Assembly: GCA_027625225.1 (NCBI GenBank)
Contig: JAQBWG010000001.1
Span: forward strand, 1-54,807
Origin: Chloroflexota bacterium
Lineage (GTDB): Bacteria; Chloroflexota; Dehalococcoidia; Lucifugimonadales; VGZR01
Direction: 5' to 3'
DNA: 54,807 bases
Shown here: positions 1 through 9,755 of the stretch, piece by piece
Layout: each line of letters starts with the position of its first letter
How positions within the stretch are numbered: position 1 is the stretch's first letter
Position numbers and translations under genes: made by a program
Notes under the pieces: generated by a model
Database searches by the model: none
What the model was told of the DNA's origin: nothing
What the model saw: only the letters and a program-made list of their open reading frames with translations

Positions 1-85
1 AGGCCAAAATCACTGCCAGCGGGTTCCCCGCGTACGGTGTCTTGGTAAACACGTCAACGTGTCGAAACTCACGCCACTTCACCAT
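1..85 (-). CDS. PhzF-family isomerase-like protein, N-terminal 28 codons only (gene runs off the left edge)
   Basis: Too short for the ORF track. Reverse-strand ATG at 85-83 has GAGGAG about 7 nt upstream. The translation MVKWREFRHVDVFTKTPYAGNPLAVILA matches the conserved PhzF/YddE N-terminus (VDVFT..(F/Y).GNPLAV). Confidence 0.55.
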   Translation of the reverse strand, partial: MVKWREFRHVDVFTKTPYAGNPLAVILA

Positions 86-161
86 GCCATGCTCCTCGGT
101 TATTCGTTCGCTGTGTATGATGACACACTAATCGAAATTCGTGCCGTGGCGAGGTGAATAC

Positions 162-509
162 ATGTCAAAACTCGAAGTCCGAGATCTCAGGCAACCAGAC
201 AAATCTGATTCATTTCCCAAGCGAAAAGTCGAAGTCACCCACCTTGATGGACGCGACGTTGTCCGCTTCGTACTGGAGCCGGGATGGAAGTGGTCGGAGC
301 ACGTCGGCGCCGCTACGAACACAAAACTCTGCCCCAAAGAGCATATCGGCTACCATCTGTCTGGACGCCTGTATGTCCAGACGGCTGATGGCGCGGAGTC
401 GTTTATCGAGGCAGGACAGGTGGCGTATATACCCGCAGAGCACGAAGCATGGGTAGTGGGAGACGAACCGGTCGTAGTCGTAGACTGGACGGCCTGGTCA
501 GTCGGCTAG
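162..509 (+). CDS. cupin-domain protein
   Basis: Track ORF is 141..509 (GTG). I prefer ATG 162, which has GAGGTG 6 nt upstream. Small beta-barrel-like sequence with cupin-type motifs (GYHLSGRLYV, AGQVAYIPAEHEAW). Family call is from recall only. Confidence 0.65.
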   Translation: MSKLEVRDLRQPDKSDSFPKRKVEVTHLDGRDVVRFVLEPGWKWSEHVGAATNTKLCPKEHIGYHLSGRLYVQTADGAESFIEAGQVAYIPAEHEAWVVGDEPVVVVDWTAWSVG

Positions 510-1348
510 CTGACCACAATCACCCGCGGCAGCTTAAGCAAATCCCGCTCGAAGGAGACGTCTCGCTCCGGGAAAGCCTCGTGTGCAATCTCCATCGCCT
601 CTTCGACCTGCTCCGGAGACAATTCAAACATCAGTCTGCCGTTCGGTTGCAACTTCTCTTGGACTTGGCCCAATAACCGGCGAATCACATCCAAGCCATC
701 CGGCCCGCCATCCAACGCCATTCGGGGCTCGCGCTGCACGTCGCTCGGCAGGGTTGCCAGTTGTACTGACGGGATATACGGCGGATTGGACACAATGATG
801 TCCAGCTTCCCGGTTACCGTCGAAAGCAAATCCCCCTGCATTAGTCGAACCCTATCCGCCACTCCATACCGCTCGCAGTTGCGTTGAGCCACATCCAAAG
901 CATCCTGGCTAACGTCAGTCGCATACACCGTCGCAAGCGACAGACGAGAAGCCAGGGCAATGGCAATCGCACCGCTACCCGTCCCCACATCGGCGATGAC
1001 TGGCCGCGTCAGTCCCATGTCCGTTACGGCCATCAACGTCAAATCAACCAGTAGTTCCGTTTCCTGCCGCGGTACCAGCACCTGCGAATCCACCATAAAG
1101 TCCAGCCCATAAAACTCTCGTATACCTGTGATGTACGGCAACGGCTCACCGGCTAAACGGCGTTCGGCAAGGTGGCGCACACGTTCCGCATGCTCAAACG
1201 GTACCTCGGTTTGCAGTTCGGAAAAAAATCCGACCCTGTCCATCTCAAGCGCTTGCCGGTGTAACACCTCGGCCTCCAGCGACGCATCCTCCACACCCAT
1301 CAAGCTCAGACGGTCGCGTACCGACACCCACGACTCGGCCAGCTTCAC
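506..1348 (-). CDS. prmC: release-factor glutamine N5-methyltransferase PrmC/HemK
   Basis: NPPY motif (IIVSNPPYIP) and SAM motif DVGTGSGAIAIA. The GTG start overlaps the prfA stop (GTGA), the classic prfA-prmC coupling. Confidence 0.9.
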   Translation of the reverse strand: MKLAESWVSVRDRLSLMGVEDASLEAEVLHRQALEMDRVGFFSELQTEVPFEHAERVRHLAERRLAGEPLPYITGIREFYGLDFMVDSQVLVPRQETELLVDLTLMAVTDMGLTRPVIADVGTGSGAIAIALASRLSLATVYATDVSQDALDVAQRNCERYGVADRVRLMQGDLLSTVTGKLDIIVSNPPYIPSVQLATLPSDVQREPRMALDGGPDGLDVIRRLLGQVQEKLQPNGRLMFELSPEQVEEAMEIAHEAFPERDVSFERDLLKLPRVIVVS

Positions 1349-2415
1349 AGCCCAGCTTCCTGTAGTCTTGTCCGACGTTCCTCGGCCATTAGCGCCTCGA
1401 CAAAAGCGTCAATATCGCCCTCCAGCACGGCGGGAAGGCTATGGCTGGTCATATCTACTCGATGGTCCGTCACCCGATTCTGGGGAAAATTATACGTACG
1501 CACCCGCTCGGAACGGTCGCCCGTTCCGATTTGCGACCGCCGCTCCTGGCTGATTTCCTGCTGCTGCTCCTCAATTTTTCGGGCAAGTACTCGTGCCCGC
1601 AGCACCGCCATCGCCTTCTCTTTGTTCTTGAGTTGGGAGCGCTCGTCCTGACAGATGGCTACGATACCCGTGGGCTTGTGAGTGATTCGTATCGCCGTCG
1701 CAACCTTCTGTACGTTCTGTCCACCGTGTCCACCGGCGTGAAAGACGTCTATCTCCAAATCCTCGGCACTGATATCCACATCCACCTCTTCCGCTTCAGG
1801 AAGCACCGCCACCGTCGCCGCCGAAGTATGGATGCGTCCGCTCGTCTCCGTTGCCGGAACCCGCTGCACGCGGTGAACACCACTTTCGTGTTTCAGTTTG
1901 CTAAATGCCCCATCGCCCTTGATGAGGAATACAACCTCTTTGATTGAACCGATGCCGCTCTCGTTGTTATCAATCATTTCGGCCTTCCACCCCATTCGCT
2001 GAGCGTATCGGGCGTACATCCTGAACAGGTCGGCGGCGAACAGACCGGCCTCATCACCACCGGTGCCGGCTCGAATCTCCACGATGACGTTCTTGTCGTC
2101 GTTGGGGTCACGTGGCACCAGCGCAATTCTCAACTCATCCTCGAGTTTCGTCTTTCGCTCTTCCAGTTCGCCCAGTTCTTCTTTAGCCATAGCGGCCAGT
2201 TCTTTGTCTTCCTCAGCCTGGATGATGGTCTTCGCCTCAGCTATCTCCTTGTTGACCTGACGCAATTCCGCAGCCACCGAAGCCCACGCCTTCAACGAGC
2301 CGTGTTCCTTCAGCAACTTCTGCATATGGGCATAATCGGAGGCAATCTCCGGCTGTGCCAGCAGGCCTTCAATTTCCTCGAAGCGTTCCAGTATTTCAGA
2401 GGCACGGTCTAACAC
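1345..2415 (-). CDS. prfA: peptide chain release factor 1
   Basis: GGQ motif (AGGHGGQNVQKV) and RF1-type PAT tripeptide (RVPATETSGRIHTS). GTG start with AAGGA upstream. Confidence 0.95.
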   Translation of the reverse strand: MLDRASEILERFEEIEGLLAQPEIASDYAHMQKLLKEHGSLKAWASVAAELRQVNKEIAEAKTIIQAEEDKELAAMAKEELGELEERKTKLEDELRIALVPRDPNDDKNVIVEIRAGTGGDEAGLFAADLFRMYARYAQRMGWKAEMIDNNESGIGSIKEVVFLIKGDGAFSKLKHESGVHRVQRVPATETSGRIHTSAATVAVLPEAEEVDVDISAEDLEIDVFHAGGHGGQNVQKVATAIRITHKPTGIVAICQDERSQLKNKEKAMAVLRARVLARKIEEQQQEISQERRSQIGTGDRSERVRTYNFPQNRVTDHRVDMTSHSLPAVLEGDIDAFVEALMAEERRTRLQEAGL

Positions 2416-2520
2416 GGATACATATCCTTAAGAGGTAATTGCAACGTCTCCCGCATAACGACGCGGCGGACGACACAAATCAAGTATAGCAGAGAGGAAT
2501 TACCCACAAAGGAATTTTGG

Positions 2521-3777
2521 CTAGTGAGCGGAGAGAAGTGTCGAGACCAAATCGTCTCTTCGAACGGAACTTTGTTGACTCGCTGCGAGGTCGCGAAGTT
2601 GGAACTCTCCGCTACGCAACTCGTCCTCACCGATAATGATGACATGGGTGGCCCCGACGCCCGAAGCATACCGCATCTGGCTCTTCAAACTTCGCTCTCC
2701 GGCAACCACAACCGCGGCGACGCCGCCTTGCCTCAACTCCGAGCCCAATCGAACCGCCTCGTTCATCGCCTCGGCCCCCAAGTGAAGCACCGCCACCTTG
2801 ACGTCTCCCTCGGACGGAGCCTCGACCCCTTGCCGGTCAAGGTTCACCAGAATCCGCTCGATACCCATACCGAATCCGATACCGGGCGTCGGATTACCGT
2901 CCAACTCCTCGATAAGCCCGTCATACCTACCGCCGCCAACAATCGTACTTTGCGAACCCTCAACCGGCGGTACGATTTCAAACACCGTGCGGGTGTAATA
3001 ATCGAATCCTCGCACCAGCCTGTTGTCTATCTCGAACGGCAACCCCACCGCATTAAGAAAAGTCTGCAGTTCATCCCAATGTGTCCGGCACGGCTCACAC
3101 AAATGGTCAACCCCGTGAGGCGCCTTTGCAATCACTGGCTGGCACTGCTCGTTCTTACAGTCCAAAAGCCGTAATGGATTTTTTTGCAGTCGTCGCTGGC
3201 AGTCCTCGCAAATGGTGTTTACATGACCATCATAGTAGTCCTGTAACAGCCGCACATACGCCGGGCGGCACTCCTTATCGCCGATGCTATTGATACGCAA
3301 CGCCAGATCGTGTAAGCCTAGCTTTTCCAGCAACCGCCATCCCAGTTCGATGACTTCGGCGTCTATCGCGGCACTGGCGTCGCCGATTGCCTCGATACCG
3401 AACTGATGATGCTGGCGATACCTTCCCGATTGAGGCCGCTCGTAGCGGAATATCGGACAGATGTAATACAGGCGCACCGGCTGGGGCTGGTTGTGCATTC
3501 CATGTTCGATATACGCACGACACACCGACGCCGTCCCCTCCGGACGCAGCGTCAACAAGTCGTTCCCCCGGTCCTCGAAGGTATACGTCTCCTTCTCGAC
3601 GATGTCCGTAACCTCGCCGATACCCCGTACGAACAGCTTGGAATCCTCAAAGAGCGGCGTATCTATACGGCCATAACCAAAACTCTCTGCGACCTGGCGT
3701 GCGGCCTCCGTGACGTGTCGCCAGCGCTTCTGGTCAGCAGGAAGTATATCTGTGGTGCCTCTGGGAGCGCGAAACAT
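2521..3777 (-). CDS. hisS: histidine--tRNA ligase
   Basis: 418 aa, class II aaRS HisRS signatures (MFRAPRGTTDILP, LRPEGTA, FRYERPQ.GR.RQF.Q, GGGRYDGL). Confidence 0.95.
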   Translation of the reverse strand: MFRAPRGTTDILPADQKRWRHVTEAARQVAESFGYGRIDTPLFEDSKLFVRGIGEVTDIVEKETYTFEDRGNDLLTLRPEGTASVCRAYIEHGMHNQPQPVRLYYICPIFRYERPQSGRYRQHHQFGIEAIGDASAAIDAEVIELGWRLLEKLGLHDLALRINSIGDKECRPAYVRLLQDYYDGHVNTICEDCQRRLQKNPLRLLDCKNEQCQPVIAKAPHGVDHLCEPCRTHWDELQTFLNAVGLPFEIDNRLVRGFDYYTRTVFEIVPPVEGSQSTIVGGGRYDGLIEELDGNPTPGIGFGMGIERILVNLDRQGVEAPSEGDVKVAVLHLGAEAMNEAVRLGSELRQGGVAAVVVAGERSLKSQMRYASGVGATHVIIIGEDELRSGEFQLRDLAASQQSSVRRDDLVSTLLSAH

Positions 3778-3828
3778 TACATAACCCTCTATTCGACGAT
3801 ACCCAAAACTCGAAAGATAGTGAACTGC

Positions 3829-4812
3829 TTATAGTTGTCCGAGATGCACGACTGCATCGCCTCTATTCACGAGAGGATTGCGGGTTAAGCCTATGATAAT
3901 CCCATCGAACTTCGCGCGTACCGAGCGCTTCGAATCCCCAAACACGTCAGAAATGATTCCTATTTGAGTCCCCTTGACAACCTGGTCGCCAAGTCCCTTT
4001 GAAAGCCTTAACAGACCGCCGCGTCCCGCCCGTAGCCACGTACTTTTTGCTATCTCGATTGGCTGCCGTTCCGGTAATTTCTTCTCGTATTCGTACATGT
4101 CCAGATGCTTCAACACCTGGAACACCCCTGCTACACCGTCCCGTATGGCGGGCTGGTCCAGTCGCAACGCCTCTCCGGCCTCGTACAAAAGCACCTTCGC
4201 CCCGCGTCGTGTTGCGGCCTCTCGAAGCGAACCGTCCCGTATCCGCGCATGCACCATAACTGGAGCTCCAAAAGCGATAGCCGCTTGACGAACGTCATCA
4301 TCGGTTAGATCCGCCCGGATTTGTGGAAGATTCGTGCGGTGGTCCGAACCCGTATGGAGATCAATCAAATACTCCGCCTGGGTTATGACATCCCGCATGA
4401 ACAGATAGGCGATTCGAGCCGCAAGCGAACCTTCGGGAGATCCCGGGAATGAGCGGTTCAGGTCTCGCCGGTCGGGTAAATAACGGGACTGCTGGATGAA
4501 CCCGAAGATGTTCACGATCGGAACGGCTACTATTGACCCGCGTAGCTTTCGGGCATCTACCTGCGAAAGCACCTGCCTGATGATTTCCACGCCGCTGACT
4601 TCATCCCCATGAATCCCGGCACAAAGCACGAGCCTGCGCCCATCGTATTTGCCATTAACCAGGGCAACCGGCAACGACACCCACGTATCCGTGGGCAGCC
4701 TAGCGACATCAATCTCGCCTTTGATTATCTTTCCAGGGAGCGCATGAAGCTGCCCAACCTGGAGCGCTGAAGTGCTCCGTTTAGCCTTTACCGCGGTCAC
4801 GCGTCTTCCCAC
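3829..4812 (-). CDS. succinylglutamate desuccinylase/aspartoacylase (AstE/AspA, M14-like zinc hydrolase) family protein
   Basis: HGDE zinc motif ([12 protein letters not shown]). The GTG start at 4812 overlaps the rimK 3' end by 32 nt (alternative GTG at 4800), so the start is uncertain. Third gene of the rimK cassette. Confidence 0.8.
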   Translation of the reverse strand: MGRRVTAVKAKRSTSALQVGQLHALPGKIIKGEIDVARLPTDTWVSLPVALVNGKYDGRRLVLCAGIHGDEVSGVEIIRQVLSQVDARKLRGSIVAVPIVNIFGFIQQSRYLPDRRDLNRSFPGSPEGSLAARIAYLFMRDVITQAEYLIDLHTGSDHRTNLPQIRADLTDDDVRQAAIAFGAPVMVHARIRDGSLREAATRRGAKVLLYEAGEALRLDQPAIRDGVAGVFQVLKHLDMYEYEKKLPERQPIEIAKSTWLRAGRGGLLRLSKGLGDQVVKGTQIGIISDVFGDSKRSVRAKFDGIIIGLTRNPLVNRGDAVVHLGQL

Positions 4813-5683
4813 TGGGCGCCTCTTTTTCGAGGTATTTGATAACTTCAGTAGCTACATCCACTCCCGTCGCGGCCTCGATGCCTTCTAGGCCCGGCGAAGA
4901 GTTGACTTCCATCACCACCGGCCCGTGATTCGAGCGCAGCATATCCACACCGGCAACACCCAGTCCCATAGATTTCGCGGCCCGGCGGGCCACGCTCCGC
5001 TCCTCTGCCGTCAGTTTAATAGCCTCTGCACTCCCTCCACGATGGATATTCGACCGGAATTCCCCCGGTTGCGCCTGCCGCCGTATAGCGGCGACAACTT
5101 TATTATTCACTACGAAAGTCCTTATATCCGCACCGCCGGCTTCCTTTATGTACTCCTGCACCAAAATGTTCGCGTCCAGACCGATGAACGCCTCAATCAC
5201 CGATTCCGCCGCCTTCCGCGTCTCAGCCAGTACCACACCGATGCCCTGAGTACCCTGCAATAGCTTGATAACCAGGGGCGCTCCTCCGACGATATTGATA
5301 AGTCCTTCAACATCCTTCGTAGAGTTGGCAAACCCTGTAACCGGGAGGCCGATACCGTCCCGGGACAGCAATTGAAGCGAACGCAACTTATCTCGCGAAC
5401 GTGTGATGGCCTGAGATTCGTTGGCAGGGAAAATCCCCATCATCTCGAACTGCCGCACAACCGCTGCGCCATAAAACGTATGAGACGCACCGATCCGTGG
5501 AATAATCGCGTCGAACGTCATCTGTTCGCCCTGAAAAATGACCGACGGCCTGTGTGAAGTGATGTTCATATAACATCGCAGGTAATCCACTACCCGAACA
5601 TCATGCCCTCGTGCCTCGCCCGCCTCTCTAAGACGACTCGTAGAGTAAAGGGAAGCCTTTCGTGACAATATGCCTATTTGCAT
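4781..5683 (-). CDS. rimK: RimK-family ATP-grasp alpha-L-glutamate ligase
   Basis: 300 aa with ATP-grasp fold motifs (MQIGILSR..., [26 protein letters not shown]), typical of RimK. Confidence 0.9.
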   Translation of the reverse strand: MQIGILSRKASLYSTSRLREAGEARGHDVRVVDYLRCYMNITSHRPSVIFQGEQMTFDAIIPRIGASHTFYGAAVVRQFEMMGIFPANESQAITRSRDKLRSLQLLSRDGIGLPVTGFANSTKDVEGLINIVGGAPLVIKLLQGTQGIGVVLAETRKAAESVIEAFIGLDANILVQEYIKEAGGADIRTFVVNNKVVAAIRRQAQPGEFRSNIHRGGSAEAIKLTAEERSVARRAAKSMGLGVAGVDMLRSNHGPVVMEVNSSPGLEGIEAATGVDVATEVIKYLEKEAPSGKTRDRGKG

Positions 5684-5711
5684 GACACACCTCCTGTTAG
5701 AGCATCCGCGC

Positions 5712-6140
5712 TCAACTCGATACCTCCCCGTTTGTGAATGACCGACTCGGATCCACCACGAATCGCCCCTTCACTGCTTGCCTCCCAAGCAACATCCGAA
5801 ATCCCATGGCATCCCTTCGCGCCAGCGTCACTTCCACCCGCCACCGTCGGTTCTTCAGGCGAATGGTCGTCTTGATAACCGGCCTTATTTCAGCCTTACC
5901 GCTGGATGAACGAACCTTTCGATATCCTATCAGAGGTGCCTCAACCGTGACCGAAGTACGGGAATCGTCCTGCATCGGCTTAACCTTAAACCGCAGAAAC
6001 ACCTTCTCACCTGAACGAAACTCAGTCACATCAAAAGCATGGAGGGACGATGTCCGAGCACCTGTATCAATCTTGGCCTTAATGGCCTTGATTCCAAATT
6101 TTGGAAGGGAAATCCATTCCCTCCAGCCTATAACCGGCAA
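5712..6140 (-). CDS. DUF785/COG4067 retropepsin-like protease (annotated ATP-dependent zinc protease; RimB-like)
   Basis: Motif GWREWISLP...[16 protein letters not shown] is typical of the family. The only canonical start is TTG at 6140, so the start is uncertain. Lies 28 nt upstream of rimK on the same strand. Confidence 0.75.
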   Translation of the reverse strand: MPVIGWREWISLPKFGIKAIKAKIDTGARTSSLHAFDVTEFRSGEKVFLRFKVKPMQDDSRTSVTVEAPLIGYRKVRSSSGKAEIRPVIKTTIRLKNRRWRVEVTLARRDAMGFRMLLGRQAVKGRFVVDPSRSFTNGEVSS

Positions 6141-6292
6141 CTGCGTATCAGATATGTTTGTAGTCAGCGGTAATATCCAGCAAGCGCATTACAACGCGGA
6201 ATCAGTCCTAACTGAAGCATAGCACACCCTATAACCGCCCTAAGATGCTTGCTAAGCCGAACTAGTCGCGAAGTTATATACTTATACTGCAT

Positions 6293-8512
6293 ATGGATAC
6301 AGTACAGCAGACTACAACACCCGTAGCTACAACCGACGACGCCAAACGTGTCGACGAATTGCTGGCCAAGGCCCGGAAATATATCCCCGAAGACCGGTTC
6401 GGTATTATCAAAGACGCCTACGCCTACGCCGCCTCGGCACATCAACATCAGGTACGCAAATCCGGCGAGCCCTTCATCGAACACCCTTACCAGACCGCGC
6501 TTTTCCTCGCCGATCTGAAACTGGACCCCAACACCCTCGCCGCTGCCCTGCTCCACGACGTCATGGAAGACTGCGGCGTCAGCTTCGACACCCTGTCGGA
6601 GAAGTTCGGCGACGAAGTTGCCCGCCTCGTGGACGGCGTTACCAAGCTCACCAAAACCGAACTCCAGCGTGCAGAACACATCATCACCGAAGCCGACGAC
6701 GACTCCGTAGACGACGCCCGCTCTGCCAGCATCCGCAAGATGCTCATGTCCATGGCCGAAGACGTCCGTGTCGTCCTCATCAAGCTCGCCGACCGCCTCC
6801 ACAACATGCGCACCCTTAACGCACTGCCATACGAAAAGCGCATCCTTATCGCCCAGGAAACCCTCGACATCTACGCACCGCTCGCCCACCGCCTCGGCAT
6901 CTGGGACATCAAGTGGCGCCTCGAGGACTTATCCTTCCAGCACCTTCACCCCGAAGAGTACAAACACATCTCCATGCGTCTCCACACCAAGCGGGACGAA
7001 CGCGAAAAGTATATCGAGCGTGTACGGGCCACCCTCGAGGAAACCCTGGAAAAGAACGGCATCAAAGCCGAAGTCACCGGTCGCCCCAAACACATCTACA
7101 GCATCTACAAAAAAGCCCGCAAGTACGAAGCCATGGACCGCACTATCGACGACATCTACGACCTATTCGCCCTGCGTGTCCTTGTGCAAAAAGTCGAAGA
7201 AAGCTACGCCGCCCTCGGCATCATCCACACCATGTGGCACCCCATCCCCGGCCAGTTCGACGACTACATCGCCAACCCCAAGGACAACCTCTACCAGTCG
7301 CTTCACACCACCGTTCTCTGCGAGGGCGCATCTCCCGTCGAAGTCCAGATCCGCACCTACGAAATGCACAACCTCGCCGAATACGGCATTGCCGCGCACT
7401 GGCTCTACAAAGAAGGCCGCACCGCCGACCTACCCTTCGAGGAAAAGATGAAGTCGCTCCGCCAGCTCATCGAATGGCAACGTGACGTCTCGGGCGACGA
7501 CGAATTCGTCGAATCCTTCAAAACCGACATCTTCAACAACCAGGTATTTGTCTACACCCCCAAAGGCGAACTCAAAGAGCTTCCCGCCGGAGCCACACCG
7601 CTCGACTTCGCCTTCCGCATCCATACCGACGTCGGCGTTCGCTGCATCGGCGGCAAAGTCAACGGAAAGCTCGTTCCTTTGCAGTGCGAACTGCAGAACG
7701 GCGACACCGTCGAAATACTCACCAGCAAAACCGTCCGCGGCCCCAGTCTCGACTGGCTCAACCCCAACCTCGGCTATCTGAAAACCAACTCCGCCCGCTC
7801 CAAAGTCCGGCAGTGGTTCACCAAGCAAGAACGCACAACCAACCTCCAGCGCGGCAAAGAAATCTTCGCCCGCCAGATTCGTAGGCTTGACACCTCCATG
7901 TCCGAATCGGGCATCACCGAACTCGTCGGTCTCGACTCCGTCGAAGACCTGTTCATCTCCCTGGGCAACGGCACCCTTACCGTAGCCCAACTCGTCACCA
8001 AGCTCTTTCCTCAGCAAGAATCGAAACCCGAGGCTGCACCGACCCCGATCGATCGTAAAAGCCTGTCATCATCCGGCATCGAAGTGCTCGGCGTCGGAGA
8101 CATGCTCACCCGGCTCGCACGTTGCTGCAGGCCTATACAGGGCGAAAAAATCCTCGGCTATATCACCCGCAGTCGCGGCGTCACCGTCCATCGCGCCAAT
8201 TGCGCCAACATAGCTGTCGAAGCCGAAAAAGAGCCTGAGCGCATGATTCAGGTGGACTGGGGCAAGAGCCAGAGCCTCTACCCCGTCACCATAAAGCTCG
8301 AAGCCTACGACAGAGTTGGCCTTTTGAGAGACGTTACGTCGCTTGTCTCCGAAGAGCGTGTTAATATAGCATCGTGTGTGACCGAAGAGGTGGAGGACAA
8401 GAGTTTCGTCACCCTCACGGTCTACATCAATGGCATCCACCAGCTCAATAAACTATTTGCCAAGCTGGAAGGTATACGTGGGGTCATGAGCGTCGCCAGA
8501 GCGACAGCCTAG
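6293..8512 (+). CDS. relA: bifunctional (p)ppGpp synthetase/hydrolase (RelA/SpoT homologue)
   Basis: 739 aa with an HD hydrolase domain (HDVMED), a RelA_SpoT synthetase core (YKKARKYE...DLFALRV), and TGS and ACT-like C-terminal domains. Confidence 0.95.
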   Translation: MDTVQQTTTPVATTDDAKRVDELLAKARKYIPEDRFGIIKDAYAYAASAHQHQVRKSGEPFIEHPYQTALFLADLKLDPNTLAAALLHDVMEDCGVSFDTLSEKFGDEVARLVDGVTKLTKTELQRAEHIITEADDDSVDDARSASIRKMLMSMAEDVRVVLIKLADRLHNMRTLNALPYEKRILIAQETLDIYAPLAHRLGIWDIKWRLEDLSFQHLHPEEYKHISMRLHTKRDEREKYIERVRATLEETLEKNGIKAEVTGRPKHIYSIYKKARKYEAMDRTIDDIYDLFALRVLVQKVEESYAALGIIHTMWHPIPGQFDDYIANPKDNLYQSLHTTVLCEGASPVEVQIRTYEMHNLAEYGIAAHWLYKEGRTADLPFEEKMKSLRQLIEWQRDVSGDDEFVESFKTDIFNNQVFVYTPKGELKELPAGATPLDFAFRIHTDVGVRCIGGKVNGKLVPLQCELQNGDTVEILTSKTVRGPSLDWLNPNLGYLKTNSARSKVRQWFTKQERTTNLQRGKEIFARQIRRLDTSMSESGITELVGLDSVEDLFISLGNGTLTVAQLVTKLFPQQESKPEAAPTPIDRKSLSSSGIEVLGVGDMLTRLARCCRPIQGEKILGYITRSRGVTVHRANCANIAVEAEKEPERMIQVDWGKSQSLYPVTIKLEAYDRVGLLRDVTSLVSEERVNIASCVTEEVEDKSFVTLTVYINGIHQLNKLFAKLEGIRGVMSVARATA

Positions 8513-8545
8513 CCCCGCAAAAGAGACTGAGGAGGACAGAAAACA

Positions 8546-8803
8546 GTGCCTGCACCAATAACCCATCGCGTCAGTGAGCGACGGCGCGAACGAAACCTAC
8601 CCCTGCGAACTAAAGTGAAAACACTTGTAACCAGCACACGCGCTGCCGTCCAGGCGGGCGATGCTGAAGAAGCCGAGGCCAAGGCCAAAGCTGCCATCGT
8701 CGCACTGGACAAAGCCGCCCAAAAAGGCGCACTGCACAAGGGTACCGCCGCCCGCCGCAAGTCCCGCCTTATGAAGCAGCTTAACTCCGTCAAAAAGAGC
8801 TAA
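8546..8803 (+). CDS. rpsT: 30S ribosomal protein S20
   Basis: 85 aa, basic, S20-like (RERNLPLRTKVKT..., AQKGALHKGTAARRKSRL). GTG start with GAGGAGG 9 nt upstream. Confidence 0.9.
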   Translation: MPAPITHRVSERRRERNLPLRTKVKTLVTSTRAAVQAGDAEEAEAKAKAAIVALDKAAQKGALHKGTAARRKSRLMKQLNSVKKS

Positions 8804-8835
8804 TCAGCCTCCGGGCGACAGATACACGAATCGAA

Positions 8836-8868
8836 AGAGACTCCCTGATGTTCAGGGAGTCTCTTTTA
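8836..8868. terminator. bidirectional intrinsic terminator between convergent rpsT and the hydrolase gene
   Basis: Perfect 13-bp stem AGAGACTCCCTGA / TCAGGGAGTCTCT with a 3-nt loop. It is flanked by an A-run upstream and TTTTATT downstream. Confidence 0.7.
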
Positions 8869-9732
8869 TTGCCCCGACGGTTGGCCGGGCAACCCTTCGA
8901 GAAAATCCTTGATCGCCTTGAAATACTCCGTATCGCTATCTAAATGTGCGGAGTTGTGCGCCCCGTTTTCCAGCAGTGCGAACCGTTTATGACCCGTGGC
9001 CGACTCGAAAATCTCCTGTCCCATATCAAACGGAACCAGTTCGTCCCCGCCGTCGTGCAACACCAGCAACGGCACACGCAGTTCGGCCATCTTGGACAAC
9101 GAATCGAACCGGCTTTTCACAAAAAGCCACCCCGGGATGAACGCGTACGACAGCTTCGCCATCTCCTTGATGGACGTGAACGGCGACTCCAGCACCAGTG
9201 CGTACACCTCGTGCCGCCGCGCCGTCTCCACCGCCACCGCCGACCCCAGCGACCGCCCGAACACCACCACCCTGTTCATATCCACATCGCCACGTGACCG
9301 CAAATACTCCACCGCCGCGTCCGCATCCAGGTACAAACCCTTCTCCGACGGCTTCCCCTCACTGTTCCCGTACCCGCGATAATCAACGACAAAGATGTTT
9401 ACGTCCAAATGCCTGTGCGTCGCGGCAAGCTCGTCCACCTGCCCGCTGAGGTTCCCTCCGTTGCCGTGGAACCACAACCACGTGATATCCGACTCACCGG
9501 GCACGAACCATCCGTTCAGGCGCGTGCCGTCCGTTGCCGTGAAATACACGTCCTCGTACTGCAAGCCTTGAGCTTCAGGCGTCTCGGTCAGTCCTTTGGT
9601 GGGGAAAAAGATGAAGTGTCTATCCAGCAAGTCAACCTGCCTTGAAACGGATACACCGATGGCAATGACCAGAGCGGCGAGTAAGACTCCGGACGCCGCC
9701 GACCTGACCAGCGGCCAGCGGGTATGACGCAT
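8866..9732 (-). CDS. alpha/beta hydrolase (S33-like), N-terminally membrane-anchored
   Basis: Nucleophile elbow GRSLGS, HGNGGN oxyanion region, N-terminal hydrophobic helix (GVLLAALVIAIGVSV). Confidence 0.8.
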   Translation of the reverse strand: MRHTRWPLVRSAASGVLLAALVIAIGVSVSRQVDLLDRHFIFFPTKGLTETPEAQGLQYEDVYFTATDGTRLNGWFVPGESDITWLWFHGNGGNLSGQVDELAATHRHLDVNIFVVDYRGYGNSEGKPSEKGLYLDADAAVEYLRSRGDVDMNRVVVFGRSLGSAVAVETARRHEVYALVLESPFTSIKEMAKLSYAFIPGWLFVKSRFDSLSKMAELRVPLLVLHDGGDELVPFDMGQEIFESATGHKRFALLENGAHNSAHLDSDTEYFKAIKDFLEGLPGQPSGQ

Positions 9733-9755
9733 GCCTGAAGAAGAACTCCCGAACG

